Shown: positions 11,301-21,300 of the stretch, in pieces
Layout of the letters: each line of letters opens with the position of its first letter
Numbering within the stretch: position 1 is the first letter of the stretch
Position numbers and translations under genes: made by a program
DNA from: Thermoplasmata archaeon
GTDB taxonomy: Archaea > Thermoplasmatota > Thermoplasmata > RBG-16-68-12 > JAFNFQ01
DNA length: 64,000 nucleotides
Assembly: GCA_041489255.1 (NCBI GenBank)
Contig: JBGPQV010000008.1
Coordinates: 1 to 64,000, forward strand
Reading direction: 5' to 3'
Notes under the pieces: generated by a model
The model's input: only the letters and a program-made list of their open reading frames with translations
Database searches by the model: none
What the model was told of the DNA's origin: nothing

Positions 11301-14300
11301 CCCACGCAGTTCCGGGGGAATGACTTCGGTTGTATCGCCGGTGAAGTGATCGGAATCCATCGAGGAAACGGCCCATCCCTGAGGGGGAACATTGTCTTCA
11401 ACCATTTCAAGATGGTCATTGTAGGACGGGTCATAGGTGTATGACGTCTCGTGATATCCCGAATCATCATATAGCGAATAGGATTCCTTGACATTCCCGA
11501 ATGCATCGTTCTCCTTCCTGCTTGTGACTATCCAAGAACTCGGACCTTTGACTTTTGTTTCAAGCGCCAGTCCTCCAGGTCCATAGCTAAAGCGCGTCTC
11601 CTGAGCCGTGGTATCATCCTGAGCCACGCGCAGCCCAGACGGTCGATCTTTGATCATTGGCGAAATGTCGCTGTTTGGATAGAAGGCATTCTCTGTGGGA
11701 GTGTACTCGAAGATATCACCGCCAAAGATGTTGTCGAAATAGGGTGATTCGTAGAGAATGCGACCGTCATACTCAATACGGAATTTAGCAGTGAAAGGAA
11801 AAGCATTCGGGCAAATATAGCCTTTGCAGAGGTAGCGGTTGTAGTAGTAGGCATCAATCCATGCGGTACCGGATTCATCAGCCCACCCCCACCACGAATT
11901 GCCCTTTTTGTCCAACATCGATACTACAGCGCCGTAAGGAATCGCTCCGGACGGATTACTCTTGACCTCGATTATGCCTGGCCTTTGCGCAATAGCCGAA
12001 TAGTCCCATCTCGCGCTTCCGCCAACTAGATAATAATGAACCCCAGCCCAGCAGCTGCTTGTCAAGAAGTCCAGGTCTCCTTGCTTGGCGACGAGCATGA
12101 TCCATCGATTAAAGATTGGAGGGATGTAACCCATCCACACCTCCTGGGCAAAGGTCCCGTTATACTCTCTTGCATCATCTAGGGGGGAGCCCCAAAAGAC
12201 ACCGTGTTTCCATTGGTTTTCGCCACCTGAACCATCTTGGTATTGCATCTTGATTTCTGAGGGAAAAGCGTCTTCGAAAAGATAGACGTATTGAACGTTG
12301 AAATCATCAGGCTGCGGGCATGGTTGTTGAGATGGCGCCGCATCTTTGAATCCATGCCAATTCTGTCCTGGCCAGCTGGGACTCTGGTGAAATTTCTGTC
12401 CACTTACCTGATTGTCAAAACCCCATTCCCAAGAGTAAGCATGATTTGTTTCCGGCGTGGAAGTACTGGGGAAGCTGTCGTCCACCCATCCGGTCTGAGA
12501 ATTCATGAATCCCGATGTCACCTTCTTGAAAGGTGAGATGAATGTTGGTTCGACGAAGTCGTATACACTTCCGCCCCAGAACTCGCGCGACGGGCTTGAA
12601 TAGATGACCGACCACTCTCGGTCAAGTATTTGAATCGTCAGCCTTGGAAAATAATATGGGTTGAGGGTAGCGGTTGCGCTGCCGGACACAAATGCGACGT
12701 GGGCCAGCATTTCCCCGCCTACGGCATCGAATACTCTTAGAAATGCCTCCGTCTCCGCGTCAGCGCCGCCGACCTTGAGCTCAGTCCATTTGAAGACGGC
12801 AACTTCGTTTATCCACATCGTTGCGGGTTGACCTGACAGGCTAAATAAAATATCGCAGATGCCGCCAACATTGCGAAGTTGCCGGCCTTCAGCGATTCTG
12901 TCAGTGTCTATGTACAAATCGTAGCTGCTGAGGCTATACTCAATCACCACAGAAACTTTGTACCATCGCCCTCCGAGATAAGTCCTGTCTGATCTTGCGT
13001 CCACAAGTCCGTTGGAATAATAGATGAAGCCGTCGTCACCAAAGGTGATTACGATTCGATCTCTGTCCCCAGACCGGATGCTTATCGAGTGTGAGGCGCC
13101 GCTTGATTCTCCCATGAGTACCAATGCAGTTATGACATGTCTGCTGTATTGCGTGTGGAAGTTATGATAAACTCCATTGGTGTCCCCACTGACCTCGCTA
13201 TCGATCTTGAGCGCCGGAGGCAGAATACCGAAAGTAGACTCGTCAACCACAGCATTCGCGTTGGGCTCTTTGAGCCAGTCTGAAACATCACGGTCGCGGA
13301 AATCCTCCCACCATATTCTACCGATCGTCGTTGCTGAAAGCCTCCCAGGTCCGTAAAAAGCATTCTGTTTGTCGGAGTTCACATAGCTTGAGAAGGTCTC
13401 GTTCCCCATCGAGTCTCTCGCATAAATGACGTTGCCGTATTCGTCATAATTCGTGTAGGTCGAATAGGTCACATCATTGCCGTCAGATGCTGCAGGTCCC
13501 ATGAACGCATCCTGTTGCGTCGATCGCCCAGATTCGTACCAATATCGTTGCTGGTTGAGTTTGCCGCCGGAGGCATCGACCTGCGTTTCGGTATAGCTGT
13601 TGGTGATGATATCCATGTTGTAAAGAGTGTAGCCATTGACGGAGCTGTCTCCCGTATAATACGTCACTCTGTCGTAAACCATGAAGTCATTCACGAATGA
13701 GCAATCGTAAGTCTTCTTCCTCACCGTGATGTAGCTTTCGCCTCCTAGAGGTCTCATTCTCAGTTTCTGAGTGATTACCACATATCTCGTGAGTTCAGTT
13801 CCTGCCTTTACGATTCCATAGAGGTATTCCGAGCGTGCGCCGCTGGGGTAGGTGACGTCGGAGATGAGTCTGTCCTCGGGTCCCGTGTAGCCATAGGTTG
13901 TCCATCGTCCGGCCGGATCTTTCACCCCCGTTAACTTGTCGCCATCATACCGGTAGAACACCTCCTTGGAACTCGCTCCTTGGCCGCCGTATGTGATTTT
14001 GCATACTTTCCGAATCCCTAGACAGTCCGGCAGAATGGGATCATAGGAGAAAATCGCCGTGCGAGATATCGTATCAGTGATTTCCAGCAACCTTCCGGTC
14101 GAGTCATAAGTGAAAAAGATATGGTTGGCCCCGGTCGTGTCATCTATCAGTGTCAACCTCCAAGCGTATATCGCGGAGCTGGATGCAGCATATTCGAATT
14201 GATAAAGAGTCCCGGATTTTGTGGTAAGACGAACGTATTTTCCGCTGGAAGTTACAAATCTTTCCATATGGAAGTATTCGCCATCCTTATTGTCGTAAAC

Positions 14301-16676
14301 ATTGCCATTCCAATTCACGACGTACCTCTGACCATCCCAGAGATAAAGGTAGCTTGATGTGTAGAAGGGTAGATTCAGACTCCAACCTTCCCCCATGGAG
14401 AATAACAGCTGGGCAGGCTCCTCGTAATCCCATGGCGTGTCGAATGCATCGAATGCTTCGGGGGGTCTGTAGAGACGCTCGATTGACAGGTCGAGTCCAC
14501 GACCGGGCATGGAGATGTCGGTTTGTTTCAAAAAAAGCAGTCCGCTCATTGGGGACAGATACTCGATGTATTGACTTTGGCTTGCTCCTCCTTCTCCGAT
14601 GCCGGGACGATTCCAAGCGGTCTCGCCGGACCCGCCGCCTCCGATGCGAGAGGGTACTGAAGCAAAATAGACAACTGACTTCACGTCGGCTGGTGCGCTG
14701 AAAACGATAAAGGCGCGGTGAGACGCGGTGATGAGGGAAGTGGATAGTTGCCTTGGGTAGATTCCAGTCATGAATATGGGGCTGATGCCTGTTCCTCCAT
14801 TGCTGTCGAATCTTTTATAATAAAGGAAGCAGTTCTTCACCCAAAAGAGGTGCAGGTCGTCATTGATGCCCCTTTGAATCGCCGGATAGGCTGGCGGATC
14901 CGGGTCGGGACCGTCTATCCAACTTGGCTGTTCATACTCATTGCCACGCAAAGAAATGATTTTCAGGTTATTGGAGGCGTCTATGTATGCGACCGTGATG
15001 GTGCCGTTGGACATCGAAGTTGCCGAGAACTTATCGATCTTAGGTGTGGCGTAGGCAAGATTCGCTCCTGAAGTGTAGCACCAGCCCGGATACCCGGCAC
15101 AGAGCCACTCATCATATGATGGGTCATAGATGGACCATGCGAATTCCGTGTCGTAGTAGTGGGAGGCAATGAGGCTGACATATCCTGCGCCAATTGGCAC
15201 GAGGCGCAGGGCCTCTCTGTGATCCAAGGCGGTTGCGAGGTTTCCAGCGGATTGAAAAGTGGCTCCTTCGGGACTGGTTGTTCTGTAAGTCTCTACGATG
15301 TTAGGATCTAGTGAATTGCCGTCATAGCGGGCCACCGCTATCCAGGAGAATCCGTAGTCGTCTATTGCGACACTCAGGGGATAGGCCTCTCTCTCGCCTC
15401 CTGCGTCGTTCACAAGGATGGTCGGGCTCCAGTCAATCAGGTTCTGCACGATGTTTCCTCTCTTGAAGTAGATAGACTGGGCCGACGCGTCCATCCAGGC
15501 AAGCCCAACCACTCCATCCCTCATGTCGACGTCGAAGCTCCAAGCAAATTCCTCCCTGATCACCGTGATGGGGGCACTCCAAGACATCTGTCCGATCGCG
15601 CGGGATACCTCCTGTCCGACCACATATCTGATGGAAGGCGGATCTCCCCCTTCAGAGTAGAAAGCGTAATATCGATTGTTGAAGTAGAACACCTTCTTCT
15701 GTGTCGAGTACTGCGTCGAGTAGGAGCCCGGACTTCTGGTGAACAGATAGGGATCTACAGACGCCATGCCGACAGGGAAGTCGATAGTCAATCCCATCCC
15801 GTTTCCCGTGCCATTGAGGTATGTTGGACCGACTGAGAGTGTCCCGTTCGGCGTGTCATTCCACGTTGCCCATGTTGTCGAGGACCACTCTTGAGGAATG
15901 GCAGATGGACCTACCTCTGCAGTTGCGTTTTCAGCGCTGACAGGCACAGGAGTGAGGAAATCCCCGAAATCAAGGGCAGTGTCAAATGAAGTCCTAAGGT
16001 GATAGAATGGTGTAGGAATCCTCCAGCTGATGTGCCAGTTTTCAAGAGTGGAGTTTATGTCTTGCATGAAAACGGCTGTTATCTTCGGCAGTTGAGAAGC
16101 ATCGAATTGTACTGTCGTCGTCAAAGTCCCCTGAAAAACCCCATCGGCCGATACATTGCATGTTGACTCGTAAGTATGGTTAGATGTATTGAGGACGCGG
16201 CTTCCATTGATGATCGTTTGCCTGTCTCCCACAACGACGAATGCTGAGGAGCCTGCCACGGGCAGCCCTTCAAGGTCGAGTACAGACATGGCGTGAGGCG
16301 CATCGGTCGAGAAAATGTATGTGCCGAACGCGGTGGCATAGGAGTATTCTGACCCATTGAAGGACATAACCGGATCAAGGGTATAGTCAGCATACTCTCC
16401 TTGAGAATTAAGCGGCTCCTCAAAGGTTTGGCTTACGGTCCCGTTGGGGTCTCCCAGTTCGTCCATTCCACGATTGCCGCCGAAATCTGCACTGCTTTCG
16501 GACGGTAGTGGAATAGGAGGCTTGGATCCATCCGAGGTTCCTCCGTTTGGTATCTCAGATGAACCATCCTCCATATCGGCCCGGGCCGTGGGGACAACGG
16601 CCTGAAAGGCAATCAAGATCATGGCACAAGCACACATTCCAGCGACAACTTTCGTCAGCAACCTCATCAACCTCAC
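8310..16676 (-). CDS. secreted RHS/YD-repeat polymorphic toxin
   Basis: N-terminal signal peptide (basic, hydrophobic, ARA), many YD repeats, and an RHS core ending in RWYDPVIGRFISAD...NRYAYVGNNPVSFTDPTG. A Gly/Ala-rich hydrophobic region and a tip domain of about 100 aa follow. Confidence 0.92.
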   Translation of the reverse strand: MRLMRLLTKVVAGMCACAMILIAFQAVVPTARADMEDGSSEIPNGGTSDGSKPPIPLPSESSADFGGNRGMDELGDPNGTVSQTFEEPLNSQGEYADYTLDPVMSFNGSEYSYATAFGTYIFSTDAPHAMSVLDLEGLPVAGSSAFVVVGDRQTIINGSRVLNTSNHTYESTCNVSADGVFQGTLTTTVQFDASQLPKITAVFMQDINSTLENWHISWRIPTPFYHLRTSFDTALDFGDFLTPVPVSAENATAEVGPSAIPQEWSSTTWATWNDTPNGTLSVGPTYLNGTGNGMGLTIDFPVGMASVDPYLFTRSPGSYSTQYSTQKKVFYFNNRYYAFYSEGGDPPSIRYVVGQEVSRAIGQMSWSAPITVIREEFAWSFDVDMRDGVVGLAWMDASAQSIYFKRGNIVQNLIDWSPTILVNDAGGEREAYPLSVAIDDYGFSWIAVARYDGNSLDPNIVETYRTTSPEGATFQSAGNLATALDHREALRLVPIGAGYVSLIASHYYDTEFAWSIYDPSYDEWLCAGYPGWCYTSGANLAYATPKIDKFSATSMSNGTITVAYIDASNNLKIISLRGNEYEQPSWIDGPDPDPPAYPAIQRGINDDLHLFWVKNCFLYYKRFDSNGGTGISPIFMTGIYPRQLSTSLITASHRAFIVFSAPADVKSVVYFASVPSRIGGGGSGETAWNRPGIGEGGASQSQYIEYLSPMSGLLFLKQTDISMPGRGLDLSIERLYRPPEAFDAFDTPWDYEEPAQLLFSMGEGWSLNLPFYTSSYLYLWDGQRYVVNWNGNVYDNKDGEYFHMERFVTSSGKYVRLTTKSGTLYQFEYAASSSAIYAWRLTLIDDTTGANHIFFTYDSTGRLLEITDTISRTAIFSYDPILPDCLGIRKVCKITYGGQGASSKEVFYRYDGDKLTGVKDPAGRWTTYGYTGPEDRLISDVTYPSGARSEYLYGIVKAGTELTRYVVITQKLRMRPLGGESYITVRKKTYDCSFVNDFMVYDRVTYYTGDSSVNGYTLYNMDIITNSYTETQVDASGGKLNQQRYWYESGRSTQQDAFMGPAASDGNDVTYSTYTNYDEYGNVIYARDSMGNETFSSYVNSDKQNAFYGPGRLSATTIGRIWWEDFRDRDVSDWLKEPNANAVVDESTFGILPPALKIDSEVSGDTNGVYHNFHTQYSRHVITALVLMGESSGASHSISIRSGDRDRIVITFGDDGFIYYSNGLVDARSDRTYLGGRWYKVSVVIEYSLSSYDLYIDTDRIAEGRQLRNVGGICDILFSLSGQPATMWINEVAVFKWTELKVGGADAETEAFLRVFDAVGGEMLAHVAFVSGSATATLNPYYFPRLTIQILDREWSVIYSSPSREFWGGSVYDFVEPTFISPFKKVTSGFMNSQTGWVDDSFPSTSTPETNHAYSWEWGFDNQVSGQKFHQSPSWPGQNWHGFKDAAPSQQPCPQPDDFNVQYVYLFEDAFPSEIKMQYQDGSGGENQWKHGVFWGSPLDDAREYNGTFAQEVWMGYIPPIFNRWIMLVAKQGDLDFLTSSCWAGVHYYLVGGSARWDYSAIAQRPGIIEVKSNPSGAIPYGAVVSMLDKKGNSWWGWADESGTAWIDAYYYNRYLCKGYICPNAFPFTAKFRIEYDGRILYESPYFDNIFGGDIFEYTPTENAFYPNSDISPMIKDRPSGLRVAQDDTTAQETRFSYGPGGLALETKVKGPSSWIVTSRKENDAFGNVKESYSLYDDSGYHETSYTYDPSYNDHLEMVEDNVPPQGWAVSSMDSDHFTGDTTEVIPPELRGTGKSYSYQYDKLGRKTRTTNPDGSYSTVEYWDTHTTPANLVVLKDELYHEPDAKRQTWQCYDSLGRLTEVARYGDAGPSAQARCISGFILDEMYSAYSTEFYFYNWQDQVERYVSPLNKQYYYYYDFLGRPTSMIRPDGISRTDVTYDDAANSKIVTTSRNGVIARKTQYIYAWNNRLIEVREFFNTGSNDYQTWSYAYDHAGNLVRATTPSDSRGISQATIQHYDELGRLTQTDYPDSTHEGFSYYNSGMLKTKVLRDQSQVTYTYDQLGRVKTVTYSSDGSQESYSYDGNGNVIGIHYGTVDVTYTRDYSNRDLPTRERYVVNGWVFDTYYGYDVAGNTVSMTYPNGGGTVYYRYDAFNRVCAAASSPLTTCSPTSNFYAKLEYYLDGGIFGIDYGNGIGNYYYYDLNGQPSLTLVPDSGGSLLKLEYPEYDATGNLKAAKTYWGGALQTTENYDYDMLGRLKSTSATGSWGWSRSYTYDSLGNRMSETNLLANPPSTTYYTYTTYSRLCRTGSSVDHTNCASAGDKYEYAPVGPSGEIKKRTVGGVVWDFAWSPRGDLKQIKKAGSTIATYTYDGAGRRVSSVVSGTTTYYIFSGISPIFETGSPQGSGTRYIYVGGLRIASISGSSTLYYSYDYLGNPRVITNSAGSLVARMVYRPFGACVYGCSPEPKYSYTGEYRESEPNLYYLSSRWYDPVIGRFISADDRLGSLSNPQKQNRYAYVGNNPVSFTDPTGHDWVSGADWTGSPSAPDWKYSVFCVVFILCAMTKGVDALYRWATGDPSWQEVVGFLVGIVAAIGSGLILGLLFAAVCAATAGIGCAVLAAVVGSVMGSIVSSLSYVAVTSALGGTPSAKGLEAASFAGGIAGGTGAALGFSMGMSAQARMAAAKGESAPEVATNVVIDRDWHGYQHGNGPGWNSKWSTPTRYGAPTEAQSALQLPDYNKALYVRSITIPRGTTVTIGPVLTKNYVPTGAVEWIVADRSIYITGPWEPFGT

Positions 16677-16727
16677 ACTCTCCCGCTAGCAGCGGCAATG
16701 GGCTCGTGCGTGTATGTTATAGATAAT

Positions 16728-16735
16728 ATTTATAA
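16728..16735 (-). promoter_or_regulatory. putative TATA box of RHS gene
   Basis: TTATAAAT on the minus strand, about 50 nt upstream of the GTG start, within an AT-rich patch. Confidence 0.45.
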
Positions 16736-17704
16736 GTTACTACCCTTAGCTTCGCGTTGCGAGGCAGCTTGCTAGAGAACCGCTATATTCGATGATTCAA
16801 GAAGATAAAACACCGCTCGATAGAACTGCGCATCGCAAGGATGAAAACTCTGCTGTATCGTGATTCCATCTTCCAGATTCAAATTCAAAGGATTCCAAGC
16901 GCCACCGCCACGCTTTGGAACAGGTTGCACGGCTCCGAATCGTCGATCCCGCGTGCTGCTCTGGTTCCTTCCTCATGGGCGCTTATCAATATCGCTGGAG
17001 TTCCGACCCTTCGGAGTGAGTATTGCAACTGCTGGCGGAAACCTCACAATTTGCTTCACTTCTTTCGCGGATTTCTATCCATGGCCGGCGAACTGGAGAA
17101 ACATCAGGATTCCATTCTTTGCGAGGGACTTTCAGCTCGTCTATCCACTAGGCAACGGATCGCTGTACGACGATGGCTCAGGCAGTCTGCTGGGTCTGGG
17201 CAACTCGTCAATTGATCTGCCATTCATGTCCGGTCAGGAATTGAGGATTCCATGGGGTTCAACATATGCCGCGATTCGCCTTACTGCACATCTATGCATC
17301 GGCGCGATTATCGTGACATAATGCCAATACCTCAAGCACGAGGCGCCAGTCGTTCGCGAGATTCTCGACATGTGCGTGTCCACCTTTTCCAGGATTGAAC
17401 ATACCTTGGGTGACAAATGGCCTACCTATTGTGTAGAGTCTCATCGACTTCTTCGCCATTTTCGAGACAGTTGAGTCTTAATACTGTTCGAACCCCTTTC
17501 TCTCCCTCAGATTCCTCTCGACCTATAAGAGCGAATATCAACCCTCTCCGTTCTCAAATCGGTCAACAAGAGTGCATGAGACACTACACCGTCGGTCTGC
17601 CGACCGTCACCTCTTGCAGTATCTTAGCGGTTCCTTGTTCCCGGACTATGGCAGGCGATATTTGACATACTCCATTCGGTCGATAGCTTTTTCTCGCTCG
17701 GTCA

Positions 17705-18207
17705 ATGTTGTTAATGCAACTCGCGAGGATTGTGAGAGGTTTGACGAGTGCCTACGTCGAGGACTACAAGATTCGTCGACTGAATAGAGAGCGACGAGAG
17801 GTCACTCCTCAGCCTACTGTCATCTGCGAACTTCCGCGTGGCGTAGTCGTTCTTTACGAAGAGTTGAACATGCTCTATCCGGGTGCCTCAATCTGTTCGC
17901 TGAATGATCATGTGACTGAAATGTTCTTGCTCACATCGGAAGAGCGGGCCAAGATCATGGACGATGTTTCGTTGGTTGCTGAAGCGGTCTAGAGAGCCTT
18001 TCAACCGCGGATGATCAACTACGCATTGATGGGCAATTTCTCTACTCACATGCACTGGATCATAGTGCCTCGCTATCCCGACGACCCGCCGCAAACATAT
18101 GGACGACCATATTGGCACGATGGGGCGGAGCATCCTCTTGGACCGGGGAACGAGAACGAATCAAGGCGATGCTGCTGAGGGAGGTCGAGGCGCTCAAGCG
18201 ACAATAG
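17705..18207 (+). pseudogene. HIT-family hydrolase pseudogene
   Basis: The frame continues past TAG 17990-17992 as RAFQPRMINYALMGNFSTHMHWIIVPRYPDD (degenerate HxHxH). A frameshift near 18145 leads to a C-terminal helix ERERIKAMLLREVEALKRQ*. Confidence 0.75.
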
Positions 18208-18394
18208 CATTCGGTTCTGCGAGTTGAAACGGTTTGTAGAGGATACTCGCGGCTTCATAAGGGGGCATGAGTGGCGGCCCATGGTAGCATGCTACGAAGG
18301 TCTAATCTCGACACTGAGGCACTGTTGGTTCCCCATGAAGGCGGTTTGAAATGCGCTCGGAATGACTGGGAAATCGGCAGAGTCTCTTGCGTCG

Positions 18395-21300
18395 CTATTT
18401 CTTTGGCTTCTTCGTCTCCTCGGGATGTCGCTCAGGACGGAGGATAGGTTCGAGCTCCTCTCGCATGATTCGCGCCGCGACCCTGACCCGCCACTTGAAT
18501 ATCCAGTAACTCACGAGCACGGAGAGAATCAGGAAGGCTGCGATGATGACCACGATGCAGAAGAAGGAGGATTCGATGCCGGACGTTGGCGGACTCGTCG
18601 TGTGGAAGCTCCAGTAGCTGGTCGGCGCGTTCCCGTACTCTGACCAGTTCGACGGTTCGTAGTCGTCTCTCGCCTTGACGCGCCAGTAATACGTCCTCCC
18701 CGAGTCGGTGGAGAACGGCGCCGAGGATGTGTTCATGCCGGAACCCGAAGCCACGACGATTTGAAACGAGTTGTCTGTGGCGACCTGCCACTCGTAGGTG
18801 ACATTGTCGCCTTCTGCGTCGGTGCTTGCCCGCCACTCCACTCTCTGGCTGGCACTTGGGGAGATTGAATGGCCACCGATCGGCGAGAGGTAACCTGGCG
18901 GGGGAGACGGTATGCTGTTCACATGGAACCTGACCCCCGCCCATGAGCTCCAGTTGAATCCGTCGCTCACCCTCACCGAGAACCAGTAGTCCGTGCCACT
19001 AGCGAGAGGCAAGCCATTGTAGGCTACAATGGATCCTGTTCCCGTCTGCGCGCCCGTGTAGAGCTTGTCCGAGCCCGCCTGCGATGTCCCGACCTTGGCC
19101 TCGTAGCCGACTTGAGTCTGCCCGTCCGGATCGTAGAAGGTCCAGTTGAGGGCGGGCGTCATGTCGGTGATGTGAGTGATCGCCGGCGGGGAGGTGTAGC
19201 CCTGGACGCCAAGGCCTAGTGCGGCGGGCGGACGGTTCACGAGCGTCGAGAACGTCCAGTACCCGGGAGGGGTGTTCCCGTAAGCCGACCAGTTGAGCGG
19301 TTCATAGTCGTCTCTCGCTCTCACCCGCCAGTAGAAAGTCCTCCCGCCCTCCGCGACGAAATCCGAAGATGTGTTCCGGGACTCGGATCCGGAAGCCACA
19401 AAGCTTGAGAACGTCGTGTCCGTCGCGACATGCCACTCGTACGTGACGATGTCGCCCTCTGCGTCCGTGCTCGCGCTCCAGGAAACGTTCCTTCTGACGC
19501 TGGATGAGACAGACGAGAGCTGCGGCGGGTCGAGCGCTGCCAGCGGAGGACTGGGGATGCTGTTCGTGTGAAACTCGATATCGGTCCAATTGCTCCATGC
19601 GATGCTGTCGTTCACCCTGACGGAGAACCAGTAGTCGGTGCCGCGAGAGAGCGGCGGGCCGCCGTACATCGCGCTCGTGACATTTCCCCCCTGCTCCCCC
19701 GGCGACCACATGTCCCCGCCTCCGGCAAACGTGCCGACCTTCACCTCGTAGCGCGCCTGAGGGTCGCCGTCCTCATCGTAATAAGTCCAGTTCAGGAGTG
19801 GCGAGGTATCGGTGACGTGCCGCGTCCCAGGGAGAGAGGTGAAACCTTGGACGCCGAGATAGCGAGCGATAGGCCTTCTGCCGTATGGGTCTATCTTGAT
19901 GATGAAATCGTCCGTGTTGCCTCCGTAGGTACTGTCGATCGCACCAGGACTCACTGGGAAGTTCGTCGACATCGTGTCGCCGGCAACATAGATGTCGCCG
20001 TCTCGGTCGAGGGCTATCGAGTAACCTACGTCATCGCCACCGCCGCCAATGTACGTGCCGTAGATGACGGAAACACCGGTCGAGTTCAGATGCAGCGCGT
20101 ACGCGTCCCAGAATCCATTGCGAGTCGCGTCGAACGCGCCCGGCGTCGTTGGCAAGTCATTCGAGAAGGTTACACCCGCAACGTATGCATCTCCTGAGGA
20201 GTCGAGCGTAATCGAGACCCCATTGTCGGCGCCGCTCCCGCCGACGAAAGTAGAGTACGCCAGGCCGCTTCCTGTCGCATTCATCTTCGTCACGAACCCA
20301 TCATTCACACCTTCGAGGACCGAATCCAGCACGCCCGACGTCGTTGGGAAACCGACAGAAAACGTCGTGCCTACGACATAAGCGCTGCCCGATGAGTCCA
20401 CGGCAATCGATGAGCCGCGGTCGCTGTCGCTGCCTCCGAGAAAAGTGGAGTACGCGATTGTGCTTCCGCCGGGATCGATCTTCACGACGAACGCGTCGCG
20501 GCCGCCGTTGTGCGAGGTATCGAACGCGTCGGCGGTTGTCGGGAAGTCGGCGGATTGAGTGAAGCCCGTAACGTAGGAGTTGCTTGAGGCGTCAACGGCG
20601 ACTGAGTGGCCCTCGTCGTCCCCGTTGCCGCCCAAGAAAGTGGAGTATAGGAAAGCGTTCCCCGCAGCGTTCAACTTCGTCACGAAGGCGTCCGTGCCGT
20701 TGCATGAGGAGTCGATTGCGCCAGGCGTGACGGGGAAGTCCACAGATTCGGTGTTACCGGTCACATAGGCGTTGAGCTGGGAATCCAGAGCGATGCCCCA
20801 GGCCTCGTCAAAGCCAGCACCACCTAGGAAGGTCGAGAAGATGAGGGCATCCCCGGCGGCGTTCAGCTTTGCCACGAACACGTCGTCACCACCATTCGTC
20901 GGGTCCGGTGCGCCGGGCGTCACAGGGAAGTCCGAGGAAGCGGTGTATCCCGTCAGATAGACGTTTCCCAGGGAGTCTAGGGCGAGGGAGATGCCCTCGT
21001 CGCCGCTGCTCCCGCCCAGAAAGGTCGAGAAGATGAGTGCGCTGCCATCCGCTCTCAGCTTCGAGACGTATGCGTCGGAAAACCCCCTTGGACTGCCCTG
21101 GTAGACACCTGGGGTGACGGGGAAGTCCGGCGAGTCGGTCCCGCTGGCGACGACCGCGTTGCCTGAATCGTCCACGGCGAGCGCGACCATCCCACTCTCG
21201 TAGATGCTGCCGCCGAGGTATGTCGAGTAGACCAGTGGATCGATGACCAGCTGGAGCGATGCATCGAGGTTCTCGCAAAAGAAGCCATATGAGTTGGCTC

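Noticed and set aside
16699-16708. TGGGCTCGT match to the tRNA-Val 3' end as a possible att site
   Set aside because: Only about 9 nt match, which is compatible with chance, and no integrase is adjacent.
16841-17700. ORFs between the RHS and HIT genes
   Set aside because: Short conflicting frames with no recognisable motifs; probably decayed DNA.
17990-17992. Pyrrolysine readthrough of the in-frame TAG in the HIT gene
   Set aside because: The same gene has lost the third His of the HIT motif and has a downstream frameshift, so ordinary pseudogenisation is simpler. No pyl genes occur in the window.
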